From Peribolospora baueri (lineage: Eukaryota): a stretch of DNA of 64,000 nt. The DNA lies in the NCBI GenBank assembly GCA_029717555.1, contig JAMDHS010000054.1, positions 1-64,000 on the forward strand, read 5' to 3'. The notes beneath the pieces are model-generated. The model had not been told where the DNA came from. It saw only the letters and a program-made list of their open reading frames with translations, and did not search any database. This document shows, piece after piece, positions 23,182 through 35,070 of this stretch. The translations under genes and the position numbers were made by a program. How positions within the stretch are numbered: the first letter of the stretch is position 1; each line of letters starts with the position of its first letter.

Positions 23182-23485
23182 CAGGGAAAGCCCTTTCCTC
23201 TTTTGGTCTGCTCAGTAGATACCCCAGGGTTCTCCGCCTTATCGTCGGACGGATGTGATCCGTGGGATGTGGAACGCGATGGAGAGCTCGCAGAGGGCTA
23301 TAAGAGTCCGTCGCATTTTGCCGCACCTATCTGTCCGTTGCTCAATGCAAGAGAAGGCCAATGCTTCATTCACGCTACGATATGTCGGTACCACCAGAGA
23401 AGCCGCCGGTGATTGCGCGTACAAGAAACCGAATCTCTATCCAATCATGCCATACCCCTGCTCGGCCCCTCTAACACCCACCGTC

Positions 23486-26400
23486 TCACTCGTCAAACTT
23501 CACCCGCTTAAGCACAGCTCTCAACTTCTCCCCTTCGCAAACTTCAAAGTGCCCGCAGAGGAGGTCCGACACGTCCACGTTCTCGATCCCCGGCACCGGT
23601 TTGGACGACACGGGCTCCGCGCCGGCCACTTTTGGCAGCTCACCTTCCCGCATTTCTTCCCACTTCAGCCCACTGCCTAGGTGGGCGGCTAGTCTGCAGA
23701 CCATGTCCTTGGAAGCTACGCGGGCGAAGCGAGAAGAAAGACGAGCGGTCTGTGAATTAAAATGAGCATGGAGATGATGGGAGCGGAACAGAAGGCACTT
23801 ACAGTACGCGTCTTTTGCGAGTGAATATCAAGAAATAGAACGATCGTCAGCGAAGGACCAGCTAGCCATTGAGGCACATGTCGATTGGGAGCTCGAGCGA
23901 TGAAGCAACGAACTCACTGACGAACCGCCTCGCGACGACAGTCCTTGCCAGCCTCCACTGGCTCGGGGCCATGCTCAACGGCCCGGATATGAGCAGCACG
24001 CTGTCAACGATATGGGTGTGCAGTTCCGGGTTCTTCGCAAGCTCCAGGAGCGCCGTGACGATAGTGGTGCATCCTAGTGACGTCCCGATCTGCGTCAAGT
24101 CGGGCATGAAAAACGGAAGGAATGACTTAGTGGTGAGTGCGCACTTTGGGCTAAGGCCCTCGTTGGATCTTGACGTCGACTCTATGATCCGTCAAAGCAG
24201 CAATCATCGACGCCCACTAGAATGACGGGCCGGTGGCCTTGAACTTCTTTTGACAACGTCTCCGCCAAGATGACGCCGGCCTTTCGAGCCTATTGCAGCG
24301 TTTCAAGTGCAAAATCCTGCCACGTTAGCGGAGCGATGAGGACTGCTTTGAACCGCAAGCTCACCTTACCTTGTCTTTGGCCCGAATAAAGACAGAGTCG
24401 AGAGAGAACGACGCTGCGCTGAATATGGTGATGGGTAGCCTGAGAAGAAAGGAAGCAGCGACATTCAACATCACGCGGCAACGCGTCGCACGTCAGTTCT
24501 CGTAGAACCCTCCAAACGACATTCGTCTTGGAATACAATGACGTACGTAAGAGCACCGAGACCAGCGAGCGCGGTCTGCTTAATGATCCCCTCTGCCGCT
24601 TTTTGGCCTCCCGATCTGATGGCGAAGTCGATCACGTAGGAGCGCAAGTTTCTTCCGGTCAAGAGCATCGCTTTGAGGGGCAAGGGGTTAAATCACACGC
24701 CGTGGGCAGTGCACGTCAGCCTGGGTCGTTAAAGGGATCCTCGAGCAGAGAGAGATAATCGGGACATCCGGAGAGAGGGTATTGCAGACGCACACGCTGT
24801 CTCGGATTTGATGGCGTACACGTCGCGTCTGTCGATGGTGCGGCCCAGCGCCTCTCTCCATGGCACGATGTACTGGTCTTGTTCAAGCAGGAGGCCTGAA
24901 GCTACGATGGTTGCCTGCGCCACATAAGAGTAGCCAAATTTATGCGCTCTTAGGGCCTCTCTTCGCAGAGCTGCGTCTCACATTCCTTACTCACATGCAG
25001 ACTCGGAATCTCTACGATCCCTTCTAAGTCCTCCGTTTTAATGACCTCAAATTCAAACTCGTCAATGCCTTGCAACCGTCTGCGCGTCTTGTACCCAGCG
25101 AGACCTCCGCCGCCAAGGCCGAACAGGGTGCCCATCAGTACGATGCCTCCCGATGTTGCTAGGAAGCTCGCGCCCGTTAGTCCGGCTAAAAGGGGAGCCA
25201 CGACTGGTGCGGCCAAGCCTGGTTGAGTGGAACGCGCGTGCAAAGGGGGTGAGGAAGGCGTTGAACATCATGGTGAAATGATCGACATCGTCATCGTGGA
25301 TGATCATACCTCCGGTGAGCCCTACGGCAACCCCACCCAGCTGCGCTCAACAGAGAGAAAAGTCAGATGGGCTCGAACTTCCGACGAATCCAGACGATTC
25401 CAATGAGAGCTTTGCTTGCACCCGGCTTATTCATTTCAACTCACGATAAACCCAGTGCCAGTAGCAGCCCACTTAGCCCACTTCCCGGCCTGATTCCGCG
25501 TCTTGACGGCCTGAGCGCCCGAGAAGTTCATCCACGCACGACGTCCACCGTCCCTTTCCTCTGAAGACAAAAGTGTACCCTGAGAGGTGGAGGAAGCGGC
25601 CGGGAGATGAATTTCGTCCTTGGCGTCTGAACCCGTTGATCTCGCCGCCGCTTTTCTCTCTGAGAGGAAGAAGTAGAGAGTCTTTTTTTGACCACGAGAA
25701 TTGCTCAATGAAAAACTGAAAACGGGACGCAACGTTCGGACACTGCGTGGCAGAGTGAATTCTGGTCACCACGGAGGGGCGCTCACCTGGGCGACAGCCT
25801 TCTCGGCCTGCCAAATCTGCTGCATCTCGATGCCGAGGGCCTGGCAGGCGCCGAACAAGATGGCCCTCGCCCGCGCATCGTAGTGGCAAGGGTCGTTCGG
25901 GCGTTCTGGAGGCGCGATTCCTTGCTGCGCTTTCTCCTTCTCCTTTTTCGCTTCCTCCCTGGTCTTGTACTTCAGTTTGACATTCGAGTCCTCCGTAAGT
26001 GGCTCGTCCTCCCTCGCGGACTCTGGAACAAGCTGTAATTCGTCCTTGAGGCCTTGATCTTCCCCTTCGCTCGCCTTGCCGCCAGCCCCTCGCATCGCTC
26101 CATTTTTCTGAACGTCGACCTCCACTTCTCCGAAGAGGTCGTCCTGCTCCCACAGAACCGTTTTGCCGTCCTCCGCTCGCCGCTCACCCATGCCGAGAGC
26201 AACGAGCAAGAGCTCGTTGATCACCTCGAACCCCCTGTCCTTCTCCTTTTCCAACAGGCCTTCCCTCTCATGCTCCTCGTCTCCCTGCGCGGCGGCCCTG
26301 ATCTGCACAACACTTTCGCCCTCGTCCGGAGGTAGCGATTCGGGGAGAACGCCGAGGTGCTGGCACGTAGCGTTGAGGAACTTAGCGCCGTACTCGGACC

Positions 26401-26569
26401 ATTCAGTCGTCGGTGAGGACGGGACCGATTGGTCGGAAGAGGGTCTGGACGAGGCGATGGAGTGAACGAGGGTGTAGGCTGCGTGCTGTACGGCGATGCT
26501 TACCAGCAGGCGGAGAGCAGGAGACCAAGTGGGGGAGAATGATCGCAGGCCGGCGGGCGTTGAAGGCAT
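23486..26569 (-). CDS. DUF726/TMCO4-family protein (alpha/beta-hydrolase-like)
   Basis: YDARARA; GLAAPVVAPLL..GTLFGLGGGGLAGYK..RRLQGIDEFEF; IGTSLG; VPGIENVDVSDLLCGH. Confidence 0.8.
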
Positions 26570-26877
26570 GATGCGTCACCGACCAGCGGAGGCTGGCAAC
26601 TGAGTCTGATGACTGTAGAAGCCAATATAAAGGCTGTGAATGCACGAGAAGACTGCGAAGACAGATAGGAGAGGGCGAGGTAGAAGTGAACGAAAGGAAG
26701 GAAGGCTTACCTACATCGACCAGAGAGGTTTGTGATTCTCCCACCTCGGAAATGTGCCTGATCGATCCGGGGCGCGTGAAGATGCGATAAATTACGATTA
26801 CTGCGTCGCGGCACTTCTTTTCTTTCCTCCTTCCATCATCCCGTCGCTCAGCTAGTCAGTCCATCCACCACCACAAC

Positions 26878-28122
26878 ATGGCGACATCTCCGCGAGCGAA
26901 TCCCAAGCGCGACGAGCTGCCATCCGACTCGGAAGAAGACGACGAGGATTTCGTTCCGCGGCACAATGGAGGTGAGTGCGTGAGCGAACGGCGCCACGTA
27001 GCGGTCGTACGACTTGTCTTTTCCGATTGACGAATCCGTCTCTCTTTCCCATCGGTCCGATTAGACGCAGACGCCACATCGTCCGGTTCGTGTTCGGACG
27101 ACGATAATGAGGCGCAGAGAGGGAAGCGGGCCAAGTTGGACCGAGGCGGCGTAAGGTGGGGCGGTCTCTAGTTTCCATATCATGAAAGGACGAGCTGAGG
27201 TCAAACGTGACTTTGTCGCTGATCCATCCTGCCTTGCATCCCTGTTCGCCACAGTGCACCATCCGCTACTAGAGCAGACACAGACCTCCTCTGGGCTGAG
27301 CTGAACGCCGAGACACCGTCCAGGAAAGCGTTGGGGTCAGGGGCTACTTCTGGGGACGGAGCAGCACACGCGCCAGACGGAATGATGGTGAAGATCGTGA
27401 CGGAATACAAGTTTGCTAATGACATCATCAGGTAGGCGCTCTGGATTCCTGCACACGCTCTCCCTGGTCCGCTAACTGGTCCTTCTCACATCATCAAACT
27501 TGATTGATGCCCCAGGGAGGATAAACTGGTTCCATCCACCTCACCAGAGGCAATAGCTTACTTCAAGAAACACCCGGAATTGGCACCAAAATCTACAGCG
27601 GAAGTAGGAGCAAAAAGCAGCAGGGAAGCATCCAACAACAAAGGCAAGGGTGAAGCAGGTGAAGGTGCCATCGTTGGAAAACAGACCGCGCAGGGGAAGA
27701 CGGATCATGTCGAGGGGTCCGCATTAGCTACTGAGGGCAAACCTCTCATCAGCGGCCGACCTGGACAGGAAGGCCCATCATCATCAAACTCTTCCAGCGC
27801 TTCGCCGTCCCCATCCACGAGCGATGCCGGTGCAGGCGCGAAAAGACCGCGACCAGGTCCGCGCAAACCGAAGACGTCCCTCGCGTCACGCGCAGCGGCC
27901 GCATCGAACAAGCCGGTCAAGCTGAATACGTTGGAGAAGTCCAAGATGGATTGGGACAAGTACGCGTCGAGGGCGGAGAACGCGGGGTTGAAGGAAGAGA
28001 TGGAGGCGCAGAGGAAGAGTAAGACCGGCTTCTTGGAGAAGAAGGACTTTTTGGAGAGGGTGGAAGGAAGAGCGGGGCAGTTTTTCGACAAGAGCAAGCA
28101 GCTCGGAAAGAGGACGGGCTGA
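26878..28122 (+). CDS. SWC5: SWR1 complex subunit Swc5 (BCNT domain)
   Basis: Acidic N-terminus SDSEEDDEDFVP; EYKFA; C-terminal KLNTLEKSKMDW...GFLEKKDFLERV. Confidence 0.85.
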
Positions 28123-28407
28123 AGGTGTTTTTTTATGCGTATACCGTGCGTCGGTCGCGTTGTCTCGTTGTATGTAGTAGCTTGTACTTTTAGCTTGAGT
28201 TCATCACCCTGTAATTGTCTGGTCAGGAACACCGACAGAATGGAATCACGAGCCAGTCGACCAGAGGAGGCCCAATTGGCCCAAGACCCGCCCGCTCGAG
28301 CGTCGCGCGACGACTTGGCAACGAGAGCAGTCTATGGCGTGCCTGCTGGAAATATGCCTTCGACGAAAGATTCTAAGAAGCACATAAAGGACGCGCCGCA
28401 ACGGCCT

Positions 28408-30681
28408 TCAAATCACTTCGATCGCCATCTCCTCATCCTCCTCATCCATGCCATCGTTGTCCTCCTCGGGTACCTTCTCAGCGCCGATTTCGTCCTCCAC
28501 GTCCTTATCGGCTCGTGTCTCTTCTGACTCGTCTCGTTGGATCAGGTTCACGAGGCGTTCCATCGGTTCGGCCACCTACCAAGAGGAAGCAAGGTCGGGA
28601 ATAAACAAGGGAAAGGGGCGAACGATAGGCTTGTCAGTCCGAAGCCGTACTGGTGCTGGCTCTTGATCGAGCAAACTTCCGCCCTCGGAACGAACAGAGG
28701 TTCGAAAACGCACCTTGTCATCCTTCTCAGTCAAGTGCGCCGTCTTGATCACCGTATAGACGCCCCTACGCCTCGCAGACTGTCGGCCCCTAAGTGTGGT
28801 GCAGAGCAACAGGAGACTCTCGACGAGCATTAGTCGCAGTGCGGAGTCCGGTTCTCGGATTTTGGTGGGCGGAAGGAACTGGCAGGAGGGAGGGAGGGCG
28901 TCTTGCTCCTGTGTGCCGAGATGGGATGGACGGATTCGAGAGAAGAGCAACCAGAAGGTCAGAAGCCGCCGCGTGGGCATCAATCGTGGTCGACAACTCC
29001 AAGGTCCGGACTGATCACGGTTCCCCGCCCACTCACATCGATATCAAACTCTTCCGGCCCACAAAGCGGCAAGAGCAGGTATGGCAGAAGATCGACGCCA
29101 CGCCAACGCTCAGTCTCTGCCAGCGACTCGTCTTCGTCTTCTGGATTGGGGCGGATGAGGAGCCTGTGTGCGGATTTGACGAAGAGAACGTTCCTGCAGG
29201 TGCAGAGGGCAGCCGCGGGCAAAGGGGGTAGACATAGGCGAGATTGGTCAGACGGCGACATATTCCAGAAGCGTATGTCACTCAAAAGTGGAGAAAGACC
29301 TACTTGATGGCGCTGATGACGCCGCCACGCCGAATGATCTCGGGGTGCTCTGTGTACACCATGATCCGGGAGATGGGGTATTCCGCTTTACGCCTCTCTC
29401 CCGCTTCTTCCTTGGCTTCGGCATTCGTGGACGTGGTGGAGGCCAGGGGAGTGACGAAGAATTGGCGGCCGGACGGGAGCTACGTTTCCGTCCGATTCGA
29501 ATAGACGGTCGGTGCGGGCCGATTCAGCCAATGGCGTCGGCAAACCATGTCGTGCGAGCAGAAGACTACGAGAACTCACGATAGTGATGTTGGCGAACAC
29601 GCTCGCCAGAAAGTGACAATTCCCTTTCCGCTTGATTCTCTTTCTCGGGTTCGTCTCCTTCTCCCTCTCCTTCTCCTCCTTTTCTCTCTTCTCCTTCTCC
29701 TTCTCCTTCTCTCCTTTCACCTCGCCCAAGCCTGAGCCGCTACCTTTGTTCGCCCCTTCTTCAAACGCGTCGAGAAGTTTCGCCATTGCGGAGACCTTCT
29801 TCTTCTCGTCCGCACTGGCTTCTCCCTGCGCCGCCGAGGATCCCCCGGGCTCTGCTCCGTTCGGCGCTCCTCCCGCCGGCCCTGCAACTCCCCCTCCTCC
29901 GGTGGCCATGGATCCGGCTCTAGCAACTTCTTCGACAGAAAGGAACTTGTAAATAGGCTCGTCGGGGACTTGGAGGTTCAAGAGCTTTGCGGAGACAGAT
30001 TCAAGTTTGGTGAGGTTCGAGAGGAGCATGCAGGCCAAGTCTGCTAGGAGGGCGATGGGGTCCTGTTCGGAGAAAAAGTCATATGCTAATCAAGTCAACA
30101 ACGTATGTGATAAGTATAGTCCCTCGAATGAAAGCGACATCTTACTGAAATGTACGAGATGAGGAAAGCCAGAAACTCTTCGTCGGCGATTTTGCGAGCG
30201 ACGATCAGGCTGTCAGACAAATTTGTCAAAGCTGCAAAGGCATCATGCGCTGTGATCTTCCAGACGGAATGAATGTGCACGTGAAGAGAGAAAAGTGGAA
30301 AGCGAGAAAAGGATGAGAAAGCACACGGCACGGCTCCACCCTACCCCATCTCCCTTTCCAACTCACAGGCTCGTCCTTGCACAAGTTCTTCAGCGCGCCG
30401 ATGGCATCCAAGTCTTTCCCATCGCGGCCCTTAACCCTCGGGTACGCGTTCGTGAAGAGAGACCGATGAGGAGAGGTTTTGGAGGAGTGTCCGACGAGAT
30501 TCTGGAGCGCTACTTGGCGCACTTGTGGGTTTGGATCGGTGAGGAAAGGGAGGAGCTGTGCACGTCGGAGGGGCCGCAAGTTGCCATGATTAGCGGTGAG
30601 ACGTTGTGCCGTACATTCTGCTCTCGCCGACGGTTCTCTCCTTTGCATGCGAGCTCATCTCACCTCTGAAAGCTGCGCCAT
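28408..30681 (-). CDS. HGH1: eEF2 chaperone Hgh1
   Basis: LLPFLTDPNPQVRQVAL; ACMLLSNLTK; HFLASVFANIT; LLPYLLLPLCGPEE; REPDSALRLMLVESLLLLCTT. Confidence 0.88.
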
Positions 30682-31285
30682 CGTAGATGCGTGAGGACGA
30701 ATGACGAAGGAAGGAAGCTGAAACGAGTGAGTCTTACCCGGCGCCTCGATCAAATGCTGCGGCAACTGGTCTCGCCTCGCCCAGCCTCGCGCTGGGTCGC
30801 AGATCGAAACTACATAAGCGCGTCGCCGTCGGTCCCTTTCCCTTCCCATCACCACCACCACGCCACCGCCACCGCCACCGCCACCCGCCCTCACCGTCGC
30901 CATCCGCTCACCCTCTTTTCTCCCTACCCTCTTCTTCCTTTTCCCTTTTCTTTGTTTTCTTCCCCACAGGGTCTGGATGACAGTCTCGACGGCTCGTTTT
31001 CCTTTCCCTGCAGATTTCCTCTCATCCATCCGCCCATCCACCCGTCAACCGGTCAACTCACCTCGGTTCCTTTCCCGTTCGGCTTGACGACACGGCTCAC
31101 CGCCTTTTCTTCATAGCGTCCAACCCGCCTTCTTCTGAGCCGCTCTCCGCCACCAACCGCCGCGTCGTAAGGTGCTCGATCGCCTTCTCCCGCTCCCAGC
31201 ATGCGCACAAGGTGTCCGCCGTGAAAACCGGACCGGCTGCCCAAACGACAGGACACATGAGGAAAGGGCAAGATGCGCCATGCAC

Positions 31286-31388
31286 CTTAGTGTGAAGTTT
31301 GAGGTTACCTCCGGTTTCCACCAAGCTCACACACTCTTAGTGTGAAGTTTGAGAGGTTACCTACGGGTTCCACCATGCTACACACACA
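31286..31388. repeat. Two-copy imperfect tandem repeat of about 50 bp
   Basis: CTTAGTGTGAAGTTTGA..GGTTACCT..TTCCACCA.GCT.CACAC at 31286 and 31336. Confidence 0.85.
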
Positions 31389-32136
31389 AACGCAAGACCA
31401 TCGTCCATGACCGGACAGACTCGAAGTACTGCATAGCGTCCAGCAAGCAAGTAATGCCGGCCGATCAGCATGCCCATCTTCACAGCAGGCCTCAAACGCT
31501 TTCCACATTGAGACAAAGGGTGCCACTCAGCAAACGAATATTCCGCTATGGATTGTGTGCACGTCCCAACTTCCCAACTTCTTGGCTGTCATCCGTGCGT
31601 CGACCTATTGAACAACTCAATCACTTCGCCTGGTTTATCGCTCCCGTCCATCACCATAATTGCTACCTTGCCGAACCGCCTCGCATCTGGTTATGAGCTA
31701 CATCAATAGGGTTTCCTTCTTTTGGCCCCTGCGTTACCCGTCTTCGGACCCGGCTTTGCTCCCATTTCAACCCGTAGTTCGGCCTCTGCGCCATGTTTCC
31801 ACCAACCTATCACCCGGGATTTCGTATTCCTTCCATGATCCAGTCCAACCCTGTCGCCCTTCCTTCGCACCGGTTCGTCTCAACCTATTCGCCATTGTCA
31901 CATTACCATCATGTCGTCGCCGTCCATCTTCCGGTCCATCCTCTTCGTCTTTCGGTCCATCACCTTTGAACCTCTGTCCATCGCCCTCCACCGCCCTCTT
32001 TTTCGCCAAGACCCGGGTTGATCTGTACGTACGTTCCCCCATCGGGCGTCGGTATTGTTCCTCTCCGAGCGTCTCCATTGCAGACGTCTCGTTAGCCCCC
32101 ATTGTGGGCGTGCCCCCATCGTGGGCATCATCACAG

Positions 32137-32195
32137 GCCGTCGGTTCTGGTATTGCGATCTAGGTCGTACCGAGGTTCGAATCCTCGCCGCGGCG
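32137..32195 (+). other. tRNA-like remnant or Pol III B-box
   Basis: Perfect T-arm CGAGG-TTCGAAT-CCTCG followed by CCGCGGC pairing with upstream GCCG(T)CGG; D-arm essentially absent. Confidence 0.4.
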
Positions 32196-32550
32196 TTGTA
32201 TTCCTCTTTCCTCGTTGCGTCTTCGCGACGAAGGGTTGTTAAGCCAGCGTCACACGACGCCAGACTTTCTGATCCTTTTTGGACCCCCTCCGCTCAGCCG
32301 ACTGGCCCTGTTTTGCTCTACTGTCCCTGTATTTGACGAGGCGTGCCAAGGCGCGTCTCTCCGTTAGTAGTTGACGAGGTGCGTGATGGCGCGACGTGGT
32401 CACATGCTTCGAACCAAGCTAGCTCCCTGCACTATTCTGCGCGACACTTGGTACATGGCAAGGGTTACTTCCCTAATTTTCCTTTCTCGGCCGCCCACTC
32501 GTCATTCGCCCTTGATATTTAAACCCCCTATGCGTCTGCGAAAAAAGGAT

Positions 32551-34294
32551 TCAGCCTTCATCCGCACCAGCTGTGCCGCTGCCGCGCCCCTCTTCCCCTC
32601 CCTCCTTCCAACCCGCCTGCCATTGCGACCCCTGCTGCTGGCGCTGAACAGATTGGTACGCCCCCGTATAGTAGCCTGCCCAATACCATCCCATGATCAT
32701 ATTCTGGAAAAGCTCGGCCATCGACGGGGCGTGCGTTTGGTGCCCGGGAGCGGGGACTGGGGGTGGAAATGTGACACACGCAAAGAGAACGAGGTGGCGC
32801 ATACACGGCAGAGTCAGCGGCAGAGCGTCAGACAGAAGAAGAACGACGCCCGCGAGAACCAATGACGAGCTCCGCTGTGACATTTCGGGACACTGCACTC
32901 ACAGAAACCAGACCCATAAGCGTGGCCGCCCCATGCACCCCATCCATTCCATCCTTCTTGCCCTTCGGTCCCCCCTTCTCCTTCCCCGTATTCCTCTCCC
33001 TCGCCCCCTTCACCTTCATCCTCCTCGTCCTCGACAATTTTACCGTCTACCTCCATCATCCCCATCCCTAGGTCACTACCGGCGCCTGCGCGACCCTCTT
33101 TCTCAGGGCCGGAACGAGAAGAGGTGGGGCGGGCGCTGCCGGCAGCGTTCGTCACCTGAGCCGAAGAAGCCTTCTTAGAGGGCTCCGTGGTGGCCATTTT
33201 TCGCTTCTTTTTTGGTCTCGGAGGGACAGCGTACCATCTGCGTATTTGGCCCGGATGGAGGAGTAGGAGGGATAAAGTGAGGACGCAACAGGGGCAAAGA
33301 AGGTCAAAGGCCAGAGAAAGTGTCGGGATAAGATGAGAGAACCAAGATCAGCGGGTTACCTCCGACATCCTGAGAGAAAAAAGAGAAAAGAACGGAAAGA
33401 GCAGGGAGGTAGAGGCATAAGAGATAGTCCGGTACGATAAGACTCACAGTGCAGACCGATGTTTCGCTGAAGGAGGTGGTCCCGAGCCAGCGTCGGGGTG
33501 CCATCCTTGCTGGCCTTTGTGGTACATCTGTGGGGTCAGGCGGTCGGCCGGGGGGCGGGACGTGACGTGGGTGATAGAGGTGCGGTCCAAAGAGGTGCAA
33601 CGACAGAAAGGACATGATAAAGACAGACGGGTCAGCGCGCTTCTCCCCCAATATCCTCTCCATCCCCCTCAACTCGGTTCACCAGCGCGACCTCGTCAGA
33701 GAGAGGAATCAACAAAATCGAAACAAAACCCACGTTGTACTCTTCGACAGCGGCGTCCCAAGCGTCAATGAGAGCCGAATCGTCCCAGATCTCCGCGTGC
33801 GTCAGCTCCCTATCCTCCTCCTCCTCCTCCCCCTCTTCTTCTCGTTCGATTTTTTGAGGTGCGTCTGGCCGGGTCGCGTCTTCCTCCACGGTTGCGCGTT
33901 CACCGCCAGCGGCCGAGGACGAGCAGGCCTTGTTAGAGATCCCACTGCCAGCGGCGGCGGCGGCTTCTTGATCTCGTCCGTTCCCGCCCTTCTCATCCAC
34001 TCGCTCCTTCCCCTTCCCTTTCGCGTCTCCCTCGCCCTGCACATCCTCACTGGCGACCTGGCCCGCGACCAGACCTTCAACCGTACCTCCCTTGCCGTTT
34101 CCGCTCCCATCCCCATTGTCATTTCCACTCCCGCCCGTAGTCCCTTTTTGACCACCTTTCCTCTTCCCACCCTGTCGCTGGGGCTGCTGCCGCTGTTCGC
34201 GATGCTGCCGTCCTTCCCCCACCGGCGCGGGAATGAAAGTGGGGTCCGGCGGAGGAGCGATGTCGTCGTAATTTAGAAGCGCACGGCGAGCCAT
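32551..34294 (-). CDS. SMN1: Survival motor neuron (SMN) homolog
   Basis: Gemin2-binding ELTHAEIWDDSALIDAWDAAVEEY and C-terminal YG box MIMGWYWAGYYTGAYQ. Confidence 0.85.
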
Positions 34295-35070
34295 TCTGTC
34301 GCACCCGTTCGTCCTCCTTGGATGGTGGGGGGGTGGGTGGAATGGAAAAACCTGGCTTGCTTGGTTTAAAACTTGTAAGCCGATCCAATGCTGCGGCTTC
34401 ACGACGGAGGTGGTGTGTGCGTTATTCAATAAAATTTGCTCTACACCGATGCGGGCTGGTGACAAAGTAGTTATTGAGGCTACCGATCGTGCGCCGTCCC
34501 CGTCTCGGGTTCATTCGAGAGAACGGAACGCCAAGGAACGGGCGGAATGAGGGCAGAAAGTTGTATGCGAGAGAGAGGGTTGCTAGAATACACGAGCGAT
34601 TTTTTTTGTTTCCCTTGGCCACGGGCGAACGACCAGCGCCGTTAACAATAAGAGTCGGAGCAAGTCGTCGTCACGTCGTGTCGGGTCCAAGTCGAACTAA
34701 GGTTCGGTTCGGCGCGGCGACACCGTGACGGACAAGCGACAAGCACCTTAAGGATCGGCTTCAGTCACTCGCTGAGCGCGCGCCCGCACCAACCCAGCGG
34801 CCAGCGGCCGAGAGGACGAGGCTTCGACCCAAGTCGCAATCGCCCATAGGAAAAGGGGTAAGAGAGAAGACTGGAAAGATGAGAGGGAGAAGACGATGAC
34901 AGTGCGGAAAAAAACGCGCGGAAAAACACTCAGACCGGAACAAGACAGCTGTACACAGCTCAGTCTATGAAAGATGGAGAAGGATTGGAGCGAAGATGGG
35001 CCCGAGGGAAGGGACATCCTGAAAGCCCAGTGGCATCGCGGCGGCAGATTTCGCTTGTCCATCGACCCGG

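Noticed and set aside
31286..31388. CRISPR array
   Set aside because: Two adjacent copies, no spacers, eukaryotic context, no cas genes
31767..32102. 111-aa minus-strand ORF
   Set aside because: No recognisable homology or splice structure
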